64,000 nt of DNA from Octopus sinensis. Taxonomy: Eukaryota. Below, piece by piece: positions 25,340 through 37,792 of this stretch. Location: NCBI RefSeq assembly GCF_006345805.1, contig NC_043016.1, positions 1,240,001 to 1,304,000 of the forward strand, read 5' to 3'. Under the pieces are notes generated by a model. The model worked only from the letters and a program-made list of their open reading frames with translations. It was not told where the DNA came from and did not search any database. The stretch's first letter is position 1, and the number at the start of each line of letters is the position of its first letter. The position numbers were made by a program, and so were the translations under genes.

Positions 25340-27890
25340 TCTTTAATCTTGGATGACAAACTATCTCGGAGAATGATACTCCGAAATTCAACCTGCAGTC
25401 TCAAAGAGCATCCATTGATGAGGATTTATTCTTCTTTATGGGACTGGTGAGTGCAAGCTCTCTCCTCACTTTAAAAAGTTTCTGGCACGGGTATAGCTTG
25501 AGCAAATTTTGCTGAAGTTACACGAGCTCAATGAATGGGGCTGGTCGTAGCTCCCAAAAAGGCTTAAATACAATTATGAGATCCATAAACTATGAAAATG
25601 TAAATGGCAAAAAGGGCTTGGGATCCAGAGGTGAACAGATCTGGCCCGACAGGTTCTCCAGGGTATTGCAGCCTGGTCTCGGTCGCCATCCTGCGCGCAG
25701 CAACAACAGAAAAAGTTCTATTATTAGATTCAGAATTAAATAAAAGATACCCAGAGAGATGGTCTGCTCTTATTGGAAAGGAGACGCAAAAATATGTAAT
25801 GGAGATTGTAGCATTATCACAGATTAGATTTTTGGGGCAAGGGAACTTTACTGAGAAATCCAGTGGCTACACATTTTATTGGAGTGGGAAAGAAGAAAAA
25901 GAAAATTGCAAAAAAAATAAGTGGTGTTGTATTTGCTCTGAAAACCTCCTTGGTTTATAAGTTAGAAGAATTGCCACTAGTGTAAATGATAGAATGATAT
26001 TGCTGAGGTTGCCTTTAAAAAAAGGTCGTTATGTAACACTATATAGTGTTTATGCACTAACTATGAATGTAAGTGAAAATGAAAAGCTTTCCTTTTATCA
26101 TGGGCTGAAAGAAAATATCCGCAAAATTCCACACGGGGATAAGATTATCATATTGGGCAATTTTAATGCTAGAGTTGGTAAAGATCGAGAGACATGGGGT
26201 GTGAGTAGAAGACATGGAGTGGAAAATTGTAACAGCAATGGCTTATTTTTGTTACAGATGTGTTCTGAGCTGAATCTATTTATTATGACCACTGCTTTTC
26301 AGCAAAATGATAAGTTCGAGACTAGATGCAATGGCAAGTGATAGACTATATGATAACTAGAAAGCGAGGTAAGAGAGATTTCTGTATAGTGCGGGTCATG
26401 CGGGGAGCAGAATGTTGGACAGATCATCGCTTGGTTTGCAGGAAGATCAAATTTGTAGTGAAGCCAAACAGTAGACAAAGTGACACTGGCATCTCTAAAA
26501 CGTTTGAATGTGAATCTCTTTAAGGATATAACAGTTAGAGTAAAATTTCTGCAGAAAATCGAAAATTTGGATTGGACAGATGAGTGGATGGATTTCAGAG
26601 GATAACTATGCAGTTTAGGTAAAGAAGCATGGGAGCAAAAAAGAAGAAACATCAAGATTGGTTTGATGAAAGTGGTGGAAATATTCAACACTTGTTGGAA
26701 GAAAAACGAAAGGCATTGAATTCATTATTAGCAAAATATATTCTGACCAAAATATAGCTTTTTTCAAAGAGATTAAAGCAGCTGTGCAAAGAAACATTCG
26801 AAGCATGCAGGATACTTAGTGGCGGAAGAAAGCAGAAGAGATAGAGGCTGCTTCCAATAATAAGAACACTAAGTTATTATATACTCTCTTCCGTTATTAT
26901 ATACTCACTGGTGTTTTATTGAGGGAATCCAAAGACATCTTAAAACGATGGTAGGAACATTTCAATGAACTCATCGGTTGTTGATGAAAAAAGTATTGAT
27001 ATCATTCCACAGAATGCATCCAGGGAGTGCTTAGATGACACCCCGTCGATGGAGGAAGCAATAAAAGCAGTATCAGAACTGAACAATGACAAAGCACCGA
27101 ACGTTGATAGTCTGAATGTAGAACTGCTTGCTAGATATGCTGACAGCAGTAATACAGAAGATATGGAAAAAGGAAGTTATGCCAAAATACTGGAAGGATG
27201 AGGCCATGGAAATTGTATTCAGACGTAAGGGAAAAAAGGATGTATGCAATAACGTTCGCGGTACTTGCCTCCTTACTACAACCGGCAAAGTTTTATCACG
27301 AATAATGTTGGACTTGCTGCAGATATATGTGGTTAATGAGTGGATTCAAAAAAGTTACGGGTACTGTTGACATGATCATCTCTTCACGGCAGTTACAAGA
27401 ATAGCGTGTGGAACAGCAAATAGGACTTTATCAGGTATTCATTGATCTTACTAAGGCTTTTGACTCTGTCAATCGAACTGCCTTGTAGAAGATCTTGAGG
27501 AGACTTGGATGTCCGGTAAAGTTTCTCACTTTTCTGAAGCAGTTTCATGATGGCATGGGAGTAAGGATCAACATTGTGTGGAAGGCTTTCGGAGTCTTTC
27601 TCTGTTATAAATGGGTAAATGGGGTAAAACAAGGTGGCATACTAGCACCCACTCTCTTCACTCTTTATTTTACTATAGTTTTTCCATTGGCTTTCAAATG
27701 CTCTTATGAAGGCATATATATCAGATATCTCACAAGAGGAAAAACCTTTAATATTAGAAGGCTGTCAGCTAAGTCAAGGACGTCCTCAACTCTTATTAAA
27801 TTGCAAACGATTGTGATATTGTCACTCATACTGAGGAGGACATACAAAATCTTATGAATGTAATTTCAATGGGTTGTGCTTGACTCACTT
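25340..27890 (+). mobile_element. RTE-clade (BovB-like) LINE, degraded, 3' end missing
   Basis: YPERWSALIGKE..KY.MEIVALSQIRFLGQGNFTEKSSGYTFYWSG, ILGNFNARVG, VIDYMITR, WTDHRLV, KAPNVD, FIDLTKAFDSVNR, GVKQGGILAPTLF. Confidence 0.88.
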
Positions 27891-27908
27891 GAATCCTGAA
27901 CTTATATA

Positions 27909-27981
<73 letters not shown>

Positions 27982-27990
27982 ATATATATG

Positions 27991-28022
<32 letters not shown>

Positions 28023-28055
28023 TACGCGAGAAAGAAGCAACAAGAATGGATAGGT

Positions 28056-28145
28056 TTTTAGTACAATCGTTTCATACAAGGACAGGCTTTATTAAAAGTT
28101 GTAACAATTACAGCATATAACGTGTCCCGTACTCATCAGCTAAAA
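28056..28145 (-). ncRNA. Type-I hammerhead ribozyme motif, canonical, in a (TA)n-flanked solo pseudo-LTR (~28026-28378)
   Basis: Minus: ttttag-CTGATGA-gtacgggaca...tgtccttgtat-GAAAC-GATT-GTA-ctaaaa; perfect 6-bp stem I, ~10-bp stem II, GUA site. Confidence 0.8.
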
Positions 28146-28618
28146 TACATGTGAGTTCTCTAGACATCCTAGGGGTTGAGGCTATACTCATGAAGTAATG
28201 TAGATAATAAGTAACATAAACAGATTTCCAAAGTTCATTAAAGTTCTTTAAAGATGATGTACAGTCTTATCACATTACTGTATTGTTAAAACAGTATGGT
28301 TTTTTTTTTGGTGCATCTAAGTTAGGTACCATATTCAAGTAAATTCATTTAAATTAACTTGAATCTTTATTGCTTTTTGTATATATATATTATATATATA
28401 TATATATATATATTTGAGTAGTTGAATGAATTATCTTATTAAGGATAATTCGAATTAACCGATACCTGGGTAGCAAATTCACATCAGAAAAAGCACGGTT
28501 GAAGTTACATGCCTAGGGCATAGATTACGTGCTTTCGTGTGGAAGTTTGTATGTTTATTTAAAAAATATAAATATATGAAAGAATGGAGCTGAACGACGA
28601 ATTAACAAAATTCCTTTA

Positions 28619-28701
28619 TTTTCGATATATGTTTCGAAGGCTGCATATTCCTAATTGCGAAAGAATAAGGAGTACATTATGCCGCTTTCTCATCAGGAAA
28701 A
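28619..28701 (-). ncRNA. Type-I hammerhead ribozyme motif, canonical core, PLE 3' region
   Basis: Minus: ttttc-CTGATGA-gaaagcggcata...tatgcagccttc-GAAAC-ATAT-ATC-gaaaa; 5-bp stem I, 12-bp stem II with 2 mismatches; similar layout to 8880-8966 (GTC there). Confidence 0.7.
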
Positions 28702-29274
28702 GCAAGGAGCTTATGTCAACATCAAAATGCACAAAAAACTTTAAGATGATTGCTCACACGGAGCCCATAGCGATAATGGGTGTCTCTTAAAATATTCCTT
28801 TATAAGGAGTGACGTCAAAATGGTTGGATGTAGAAGGTTCTAAAGGTTCGAGGGTTCAAACGAAGTTGGAGGAGAGAGGCATAAGAATAGGAAGGTGAAA
28901 GGGTGTGGTCATATGAATGGTGGATTTTCTTAATTTCTTTTGTAAAAGAGTGCCTGTGTGTGTGACTGTATATAATTGCATTAATGTGTGTGTGTGTGCG
29001 TGATTGTGTATGTGGATGGGTAGATGTCAGAAAACAGACTGTGAGAGGTTTGTGTCTGTGTGTTTGATTGTGCTTACTATAGAAAGAGGGAAATAGAGAG
29101 AGAAAGAGAGAGAAAAAGAGGAGGGCGAGGTAGAGGGACTAAGGCAACACATACCTCACTGGATTGGGTAGTAGTTCTTTAAAAGTATAAAAAAAATTTT
29201 TATGACTATGGAGGTGACATATATAAAAAAGAAGTTATATTAATTAAAATTCAAGGGGTTATCTATATTAATCA

Positions 29275-30138
29275 TTATTCATATGAGTGAAAGGTGTGTT
29301 TTTGCCAGTGCATGCACCTGTAGGACCTCTCGACGATTGTATTTATTAAAGGGACTTTGGCGAACAAAATATGAAAAAGTTCGGAATTACAGATGCCACA
29401 AAGTTTTCTGCCCTTATCAAACGGAAAGGACACCAACAATATGGACCATTCCAGCTTGAAAGTTGTATTGCCGTCCTTCAGACGCCAAACTAATTTACTT
29501 AGTCCCGTGCTGTGTTGTTTTCTCTTATTTCGGAAAGTTGAATAATGATTGGAGATCCTTTGGGCTAATTTAGAAGAAGTTGCTCCAATGTAGAAGAAGA
29601 CATCGGTTCCAGAAGAAATTTTGCACTGGTAAATGGTGTTTCTAATTTTGGTATTTTTGGATAAGAACTTTAATCTTTTGGGGTTAACTTCCGATACTAA
29701 GACAGAGTTTTTATTGTTATGATAGGTGTAAATATTGTTGCTAGCATTGGCCACGATACTATTCATCTTATTATCATTACTATTAATTGTAATATCGTCG
29801 GCAATTTCTCTGACTATAGGAATGCTGTGATTGTTATCATCAATAATACAACTGTTATTAGAAATGCTGTTACTATTACCACTAACAGCACCACTGTTAA
29901 TAATCCGGCTAATGTTATTATCATTATTACTATTGTTAACGCCAATGCTGCAATGAATGTTGCTAATATCAATACTATTTCTATTATTATTATTATTATT
30001 GTATGTTAGGTTGGAATTGGAAAGGGCAGTGTCACTACTCCTGGGTGATGAGTCCTTATTTAGCAGCTTATTATTATGGGAGGTAATTATCTGCGATAGA
30101 TTTCTAGTGTTGGAGAATGCAATCCTCACCTTATGCAA
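29275..30138 (-). CDS. PLE linker + GIY-YIG endonuclease reading frame (287 aa, partial) with an Asn-rich in-frame insert
   Basis: TIYQCKISSGTDVFFYIGATSSKLAQRISNHYSTFRN...LSKLVWRLK...WSIL...CGICNSELFHIL; GIY-YIG-type IY...YIG...R...H signature. Transposon-encoded, not a host gene. Confidence 0.7.
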   Translation of the reverse strand: MHKVRIAFSNTRNLSQIITSHNNKLLNKDSSPRSSDTALSNSNLTYNNNNNNRNSIDISNIHCSIGVNNSNNDNNISRIINSGAVSGNSNSISNNSCIIDDNNHSIPIVREIADDITINSNDNKMNSIVANASNNIYTYHNNKNSVLVSEVNPKRLKFLSKNTKIRNTIYQCKISSGTDVFFYIGATSSKLAQRISNHYSTFRNKRKQHSTGLSKLVWRLKDGNTTFKLEWSILLVSFPFDKGRKLCGICNSELFHILFAKVPLINTIVERSYRCMHWQKHTFHSYE

Positions 30139-30488
30139 ATTGATAGTAGAGTAATACCTAGAATTCCTGGGAAAATTCCTAGCTTAAGGATATATTTTTA
30201 ACTGAATTATCGGTGATAGTTTTTGCATGGTTACTGAAAATGCTGACATATTTAAGGTTAGTAGAAGGCTTATGGTAAGGGAAGTAAGAATTGCTATGCA
30301 GATTTAGGGTAACATCTAAGAAGTTAATTCGTCGTTCAGCTCCATTCTTTCATATATTTATAAATTTAATATATATATATATATAATATATATTATATAT
30401 ATATATATTATATATATATAATATAATCAGGCCATGTTTTAATTATATTCAGCTGATGTATATATATATATATATATAATATAATATA

Positions 30489-30719
30489 TATATAGAAAAT
30501 AGTAAAAAGTGAAAAAACTACAGAAGGCTTGTTTTAAAAGGTTAAAAAATATATATTTGAGTCAATATGTCTGAAGAATGTTATAAATCTTTTTCTTACA
30601 ATGACATAGTTTAGAAGAAATGACCGTTTCGCGTTCAGCTTTTCAAATTTCTTACGTCGTTATGTTTATGTTGAGAAGAGCCTTCTGTAGTTTTTTCACT
30701 TTTTACTATTTTCTATATA
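30489..30719 (-). mobile_element. 231-bp PLE-derived mini-element: perfect 41-bp terminal inverted repeats enclosing a hammerhead motif
   Basis: 30489-30529 is the exact reverse complement of 30679-30719; left flank is (TA)n. Confidence 0.8.
30615..30653 (-). ncRNA. Ultra-minimal type-I hammerhead motif, U3:A8 variant
   Basis: Minus: aagaaat-TTGAAAA-gc/tgaac/gc-GAAA-CGG-TC-atttctt; perfect 7-bp stem I, 2-bp stem II, GUC site. Confidence 0.7.
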
Positions 30720-30753
30720 TTCAACCACGTGCTTTCACAAACCAACTTTCTCA

Positions 30754-30834
<81 letters not shown>

Positions 30835-31223
30835 ATATGTATGTATATATGTATATATATATGTATACATATACATGTATATGTGTATATATGTGTGTGT
30901 GTAAAGGATAACATAAATGGCCTGAGGTTTCAAACGAGATTTTTATTGACGAACAACTCAATTATATCATGTAGAAATAAACGTTTTCCTCAGGTGCATT
31001 AAAATTTTGATAAGGCTTAACATGTAGGATTTTTTTAAAGGACTTTTTACACGAAGGGTATAGAATACATATTGACTCTGTCATCTCGGTGCCGGTTGAA
31101 ATAGTCAATATGCAGTTTAGATAGTGTTTACTTTTTTACATAATGTAATCGATTTGTTCATCATTAGAAAATACACATGAAACAGCTTCAGTGAACCTCG
31201 ACCCATTTCTGGCATTAGATTAA

Positions 31224-31306
31224 CTGTGTACGAGTTTCGAAATTAGATAGATATGAAAAATGCAAGAATCGCATTTCCATTCTAATCCTTTTTCTCATCA
31301 GCAGAG
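31224..31306 (-). ncRNA. Type-I hammerhead motif, canonical core, in a (TA)n-bounded segment (~30905-31410)
   Basis: Minus: ctctg-CTGATGA-gaa..attaga...tctaat.ttc-GAAAC-TC-GTA-cacag; stem I 4 of 5 bp, GUA site. Confidence 0.65.
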
Positions 31307-31408
31307 TATTTCCATATATTTTAGATTTGGCAGCACTGAAAAAACCTGAGCATACCTATCTGATTCCAGTAACATCAGACAAATTATATCCATGACCAGT
31401 ACCAATAT

Positions 31409-31480
<72 letters not shown>

Positions 31481-31739
31481 ATATATATATATTCAACGGG
31501 AACATTCAACGGCATTGGAAAGCATAATGATTAAATTTGTAATTGAGAAAAAGTTACCTGATATAGAGGACTCGAAGCCATCTGCATATTGGATGTACTT
31601 GTATCATGATGACTTGCGCCGGGAATCGTAGTGACTTCTGCTCAATGCTTTATGATCACTGGAAAGGCTGTGCGACAGCTGAAACGAAGACTACGAAGTG
31701 CTGGCCAACTGGAAAGAACACAGCAAGCGTTCTGACTGT

Positions 31740-31905
31740 GTACGCACGTCCGATTCCAGCCTCACATCTTTGAGCAGGGCCACAGATTCAATTCAGATGG
31801 CTTAGGTAGCTTTTTGAGACAGTTGTCAATCCCTGGCTGGAGAAGGTTGCTGCTGAAGACCAGATGTGTGGGAACAGGATTCAGGTCCTTGCCAAACTTC
31901 GGAAA
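31740..31905 (+). mobile_element. Tc1/mariner (maT/DD37D-like) transposase remnant
   Basis: Frameshifted PHIFEQGHRFNSDG...LETVVNPWLEKVAA..(RP)DVWEQDSGPC, resembling PPHIF..GL.LN...Y..LLETVVKPW....GRPYVWQQDSAP.H. Confidence 0.6.
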
Positions 31906-32028
31906 GAATGGGGAGCTTTTGGAGACGGATGTTTAAACACTAACGATGGGAAACAGCTGAGTCGAGGGCAAAAAAACAAGTACGCACGCGTGTAGAAATA
32001 TATACATACATGCATATATATATATTTG

Positions 32029-32096
<68 letters not shown>

Positions 32097-32624
32097 AGGG
32101 CGGGAAAGAACATGAGAAGCATTAAAACGGTTGATGTAAATATCAGCGTTTATTCGGAGACACCAGATAGGTGTATCATATCTATTTTTTCCAACTTGAC
32201 AACGGCAGTCCAGTACCAATTCTAAGGTGAACGATAGAATATGAACAATATAGATGACGTAGCTAGAGTAACGGAACTATTCTTCAGAATTCTTTATATT
32301 AGGAATATATTGTCATCTGTATTATACTTACTGTGAGTGGCAAATATGTGGATATAGTCCATCAGTTGACAATTAGTTCCGCAATCAATTTTGCACTTGC
32401 CAAATGCATTGTTTGGCCGTTTTTTAATTCCTAACTGTCCTGCATCTAGAAACTCTTTAAGAAAGTCCAATTTCCGGATATTCTTGATTCCTAAAAGTTA
32501 TGAGCATTTTCAGAGTCTGCCATAGATTTCTAGCCAAGAATTCTCACACAATGAAACAAATAAAATTATGTTCCTGTTGCAACGAGTTCTTACTTTTGTA
32601 GTAAAGTGATTTAAAACGGAATAA

Positions 32625-32860
32625 AAGTGGCGAAGATAATCCTTTCCACTATAGGCGTAAGACCTGAAATCTTAGGGAAGGGAACCAGTCGATTACATCG
32701 ACCCCAATGCGTAGCTGGGATTTAATTTATCGACCCCTAAAAGATGAAAGGCAAAGTCGACTCCGGTGGCATTTGAACTCGGTACGTGAAGACAGAGAAA
32801 ACACTGCGAAGCATTTCGCACGGCGTGCTAACGATTCTGCCACCTCACCACCTTGAAAGT
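32625..32860 (-). mobile_element. tRNA-derived SINE family 3; further copies at ~33565-33745 (-) and ~35465-35630 (+)
   Basis: Minus: ggtggtgaggtggcagaatcgttagcacgccg..gagttcaaatgccaccggagtcgactttgcctttcatc...gggtcgataaa. Confidence 0.82.
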
Positions 32861-32884
32861 ACCGAAGAAAAAGAAAAATTTAAA

Positions 32885-33465
32885 AACTGTTTTAGTATTT
32901 TTTACCTTTTACCTGTTTCAATCATTAGTGTACGGCCATGCTGGAGTACCGTTATGAATGGTCTTAGTCGAACAAATTGATTCCAGGTGGTATTTTTAAG
33001 CCTATATATATTTTATATTTTACTTATTTCAGTCAATAAACTTCGGTCATGCAGGGCTACCACCTTGAAGAAGTTTTAGTCGAATCAATCGACCCCAGTA
33101 CTTAGGCCTGGTTCTTAAGTTACAGGGATGTAAACACATGAACATAGGTTATCAAACGGTGGTGAGAGGCAAATACACACACACACACATTGTTATATTT
33201 CGGGATGGTTATTTTCGCTTTGCCAAATAACACACACTACATATCCATTTTTCACTCATTTATTATTGCTCTTATTTTATCTTATGTCCATTGTCTGGAA
33301 ATCTTTCGTCACTCATCTGTGACCTCTACAGCCACCGTTTCTATCCACATGTATCCTCCTTCTCTGCCGAGGCAAAAGTAGAAGACATTTGCCCAAGGTG
33401 CCACGCAGTGTTACTGAACCCGGAACTATGTGGGTGGGGAGCAAGCTTCTTACTACAAACCCACA
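32885..33465 (-). mobile_element. SINE family 1, degraded, with internal insertion
   Basis: cggccatgctggagtaccg, gtcgaatcaatcgacccc and gcccaaggtgccacgcagtg..actgaacccggaactatgtgg motifs. Confidence 0.7.
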
Positions 33466-34839
33466 TCTGGGTAAAATCTAATTCAACGTATCCACGTTGC
33501 GGCTCGAATGTCATAAAACTCTCTTAAGCGTTTCTATAATATTTAAATCATTTAGATATTAATTTAATATTAAATTCAAATTTTGGCATCAGACCAGCAA
33601 TTCCAGGAGAGTGGTAAGTCAATCACATCGACCCCCAGTGCTTAACTGGTATTTATTTTATCGACTCTGAAAGGATGAAAAGCAAAGTCTACCTCGGCGG
33701 AATTTGAACTCAGAACGTAAAAACGAACGAAATGCCTCTAAGCGTATTAATTTAATTTTAATATTAACACATATACATGGAATTGAACTCTATACCACAA
33801 TACATGGAATAGAACTTTATACCACAATGCTAACATTTCAAGTTAATCTTTCACAAAGTATTTCATGTTTTTTTCTGTATTTCCGCCATCTTTGAATGTA
33901 ATATTGAATAATATAAAAATAAAGAATAAACATTAAGCAAAAAAGAAAAAAGAACTTATGCCGGGAATAAGAGAACGTATGTCTTTGCTGCCAGGCAGAT
34001 TTTCAAGTTATCCCGTATTTTGCTAAAAGCGATAGGCCTGGCTTTTCCTTGCTCATCCTTTGAGTACTGTAAAGTAATAGAGATTTCATTAGTGAACGGA
34101 AATAATACGGAGCTTGGCTCATGAAGTCAAAAATCGAACGTGTTTTTTATATTAGCGGTACTATTACCACGACCACCATCTGGTGGGCAGTATGCTTGAA
34201 AACTATCCAGTTCTTGTACACCAGAATTAAAGATTATCTACTAAGTCTTTCTCTCGAGGTTTGCTGTATTCATGAAGTCACGCACCGGTGATGCCGCGTC
34301 TGCCGTTGTTATGGAAACGTTTTAGGCTGGTACATAGTTGCCATTGATTAAGTCGCCGTTGCTATTGTTTGAGTTGGACAAGCTCAATATGAAGATAAAG
34401 GTGGGGAGAGGAGTTTGTCTGCCAATACAGACTTTCGTATTAGAACCAATCCTTGGTTGTGAATACTCACTGGCTATGAGAGTCTCCGACACATAATTGG
34501 CAACGCACTACGGCTACATTTAGAGATTTTATTGTAGGCAGATCTCTGCTAATGCTCTCTTTTTGCTTATGTAAACTTTGCACTGTCGATCTATTAATGT
34601 TTTGGAAGACGTAATGGTTCCGGAAAACTCAAGATGCTTGAGGGGGTGGGAAAAACAAAAAGAAAAAAAAATCTGGGCAAACAGCTACTGAAAAGATGCA
34701 GAGTAAGGATGAGAAGGAAATGAGTGGTCGATAACAGCTGGTAGCGAGGGAGTGGGAAGCGAAAAGAAGGAAATGAATAGGAAAGAGCGCGTGTGTATGG
34801 GCGAATGTATATGCATGCATGCACGCGTGCGTGGTGTGT

Positions 34840-34990
34840 GAGATAGATAGATAGCTAGACGGATGGATGGCTAGCTAGATACATAAATAGGTAGGTAGGT
34901 AGGTAGATAGAGAGATAGATAGACAAGCAAACATACAGACAGACAGATATATATATATATATATATAATAATATATATATTATATATATA

Positions 34991-35075
<85 letters not shown>

Positions 35076-35080
35076 TGATT

Positions 35081-35142
<62 letters not shown>

Positions 35143-35260
35143 AATAGATAGACAGTCTGACAGTCAGATAGAATAATAGAGAGAGAGAGAGAGAGAGAAA
35201 GGGAGATAGAGAGAAAGAGAGAGAGGGGGAGAGAGAGAGAGAGAGAGAGTAGTAGTATAG
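34840..35260. repeat. (GATA)n/(TA)n/(GA)n compound microsatellite
   Basis: Directly visible. Confidence 0.95.
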
Positions 35261-36204
35261 AGTTTTGCAGCTAATTCTGAATATAAAACAAAGGAAATAG
35301 GAAAGAGAGATGGAGGAGAAAAGTAAAAGAGAGATAGAGAGGTTGTTATGGCAGAAGAAAGAAAAAGAAGTGTAAAGTGAGAGGGTAGAAGAAAATGCAG
35401 GCTAGCTAAGTGTTACTATATGGCTACCTTTTTTATGTGACAATAAGTGTTTGTGCTAATTAAGGAGGTGAACTGGAAGAAGCGTTAGCACACCGCACAA
35501 AATGCTTGGGAACATTTCGTCCAACTCTACTTCCCGGATTCAAATTTTGCTGAGGCTGACTTTGTGCTCCATCCTCTCGGGTCCGATAAAATAAGTACCA
35601 GTTGAACACTGGTAAACACATCCATAACGATTGTCAATTGGCAGTGGGGTAAAATATTACACACTTACACAACGGGCTTGTTTCCGTTTTCTACATCTAC
35701 TCACAACGCTTTGTTAAAGTCTCAGGCTAGAGTAGAAAACACCTTCTCAAGGTGCCACGCAGTAAAACTGAACCTAAAACCATATGGTTCTTGCCACGTC
35801 TGCGCCTATATGTGCACAAAAATGTGAGAAAAAGAGAGAGAGAATTAGAGAGAGAGGAGGAGTTAGAGAGAGTAGGAGAAAAGTTTGAAATAGAAGGGCA
35901 TAGCAGGGAAAGTGAAAGAGATACGTGACAGAATGACAATGGTAGCGAATGGGAATGAGTATAGGGATAAGATATGAGGTGAGGCAAAAAAGAGATAGAG
36001 ATAGAGAGAGAGTAAGAGAGAGAGAGAGAGAGAGAGAGAGATAAGGGGAAGTGGCAGAAAGGGAGAGAGAAGGGGGCGAGAGAATATACTATTAATAAAG
36101 TAGAAGACAAAACGAAAACTGTGACAAGGAAAGGAATGTAAGGAGGTATATGACAATGTGTTCGTGTGTATATATACACACAAACAGACACACACATACA
36201 TTCG

Positions 36205-36680
36205 TTTATCATTCACCATTTGCTTCTTTCAGTCGTTAGACTGCAGCCTTTCGGAGGCACCACTTCGAAAAAAATTTAGTGGAATGAACCGACCCCTGTT
36301 TTATTTTGATATTTTACTTACTTATTCTATTGGTCTTTTTTGCCGAACCGCTAAGTTACAGGGACGTAAACACACAGGCACTGGGTCACAAGCGGTGAGG
36401 GGGACGAACAAACACAAATATGTAAATGAGGGAGGAAAGAGGAAAAACGAAAGAAAGAGAGAAAGAAAGTTACGCAGACAGATAATCACACATGCGTGTG
36501 TGTGTGTGTCTATGTGTGTCTGTGTGTGTATGTATACGACAAGCTTTTTCCACTTTTCGTTTGAAAAATCCACTCAGAAGGCTGTGGTTGGCACGAAACT
36601 ATTGTAGAAGATACTTGCTTCAGGTGCCACGCAGTGTCATGTGGTCGGGAAGCAAGCGTCTTACCACAGAGCCATCTTTT
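36205..36680 (-). mobile_element. SINE family 1, full length; partial copies also at ~10290-10570, 35680-35800, 53360-53515, 54225-54600 and 56790-56960
   Basis: All consensus blocks present in reverse orientation, ending at the tRNA head (cttaccacagagcca). Confidence 0.85.
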
Positions 36681-37792
36681 TGGTAATTGACCTTTGGGGT
36701 GCTTCAACTTTCATGAAGCTTTGTTTCGTGTGGGGAGACCACTGTGAACAACAGTATTCAAGGTAGAGTCGAGAAAGAGTGGAGAAGAGAAGGATAATGG
36801 TGTGGATATTTCTCGACTGGAAAGTTCGACATTGCTGTTTATGTGAGTAGCCCCACTTATGTAGTTGTCTACAATTACTCCCAAGTGACTAATATTGGTA
36901 GATGCTACGAGAGTATCTCCTGAAGGAAGGGAGTATGGGAGTTTCAGGGTATCCCCTTCTAAGTGGATAACTCAAATTTGTCCTTGTTTAGCAGCATATT
37001 GTTGTTTTCCGCCCATTGGGTAACAGCCAGTAGGTCAACTATATATAAATATATATACATATATATTATATATAAGATATGTGTGAGCGCTTTCGAATAT
37101 GATAGGTTAGAGAATAATTTATGTAGATTCTGTCTAGTTCTTTCTAAGGAGGATTTATTTATGATTATAGTAACTAACTAGCAGAAGAATTTGATAGACG
37201 TGGAAGGCGGTGTAAAACGTTCGCAGGTGAATAGGGTCTCTTCGTTTTCCACGAACGGCAGCGGATGTGCTGTTACAAAACTTCATGCTGTGTTAAAAGA
37301 GAATGGATGCCTTATGTAGGCAAGAGGGGAATGAAGCATGGGTAAGTAAATATGGGTAATTTATAAAAGATAGAACAATAGCATCTACTCACTATATGTC
37401 AGACCGGCAAGACTGTAGTGGTGCTGAATAGATGAATCACAACACAGTGGTGGAGATGTTTTCATTGATGGGCGTTATGATTAAATTTGTTGTTGTATAA
37501 AATGATCTGTTGATTAGTTTCCAAAGTGTATGTTGCGATCGTGTTGTCGCTTATGTAAACTTTAACAGTGAGAGTGTAGCTGTAGGGGGTAGATGTGTCA
37601 TGTACGTTGGATATAGAAGATGAGGCTGGTGGTTTGATGATGAATGGATAGAAAAAAAGGTAAGCGAAGGACAGGTGTTGGTTAAGTGTGAATTAATGTC
37701 ATGAAACGCCTAAAAATGTAAATGCCATCATAAAAGAGAGTCGTATGTAAGTGAAATACTAACGTGTTCGAAAATGATGAAACGTAGTAATC

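Larger units (their letters stand above)
28415..30366 (-). mobile_element. PLE, 5'-truncated in RT, with an inverted copy of 3' sequence at its 5' junction
   Basis: LDVTLNLHSNSYFPYHKPSTNLKYVSIFSNH (RT thumb) then the GIY-YIG ORF; 30322-30362 (+) is the reverse complement of ~28567-28607. Confidence 0.85.
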
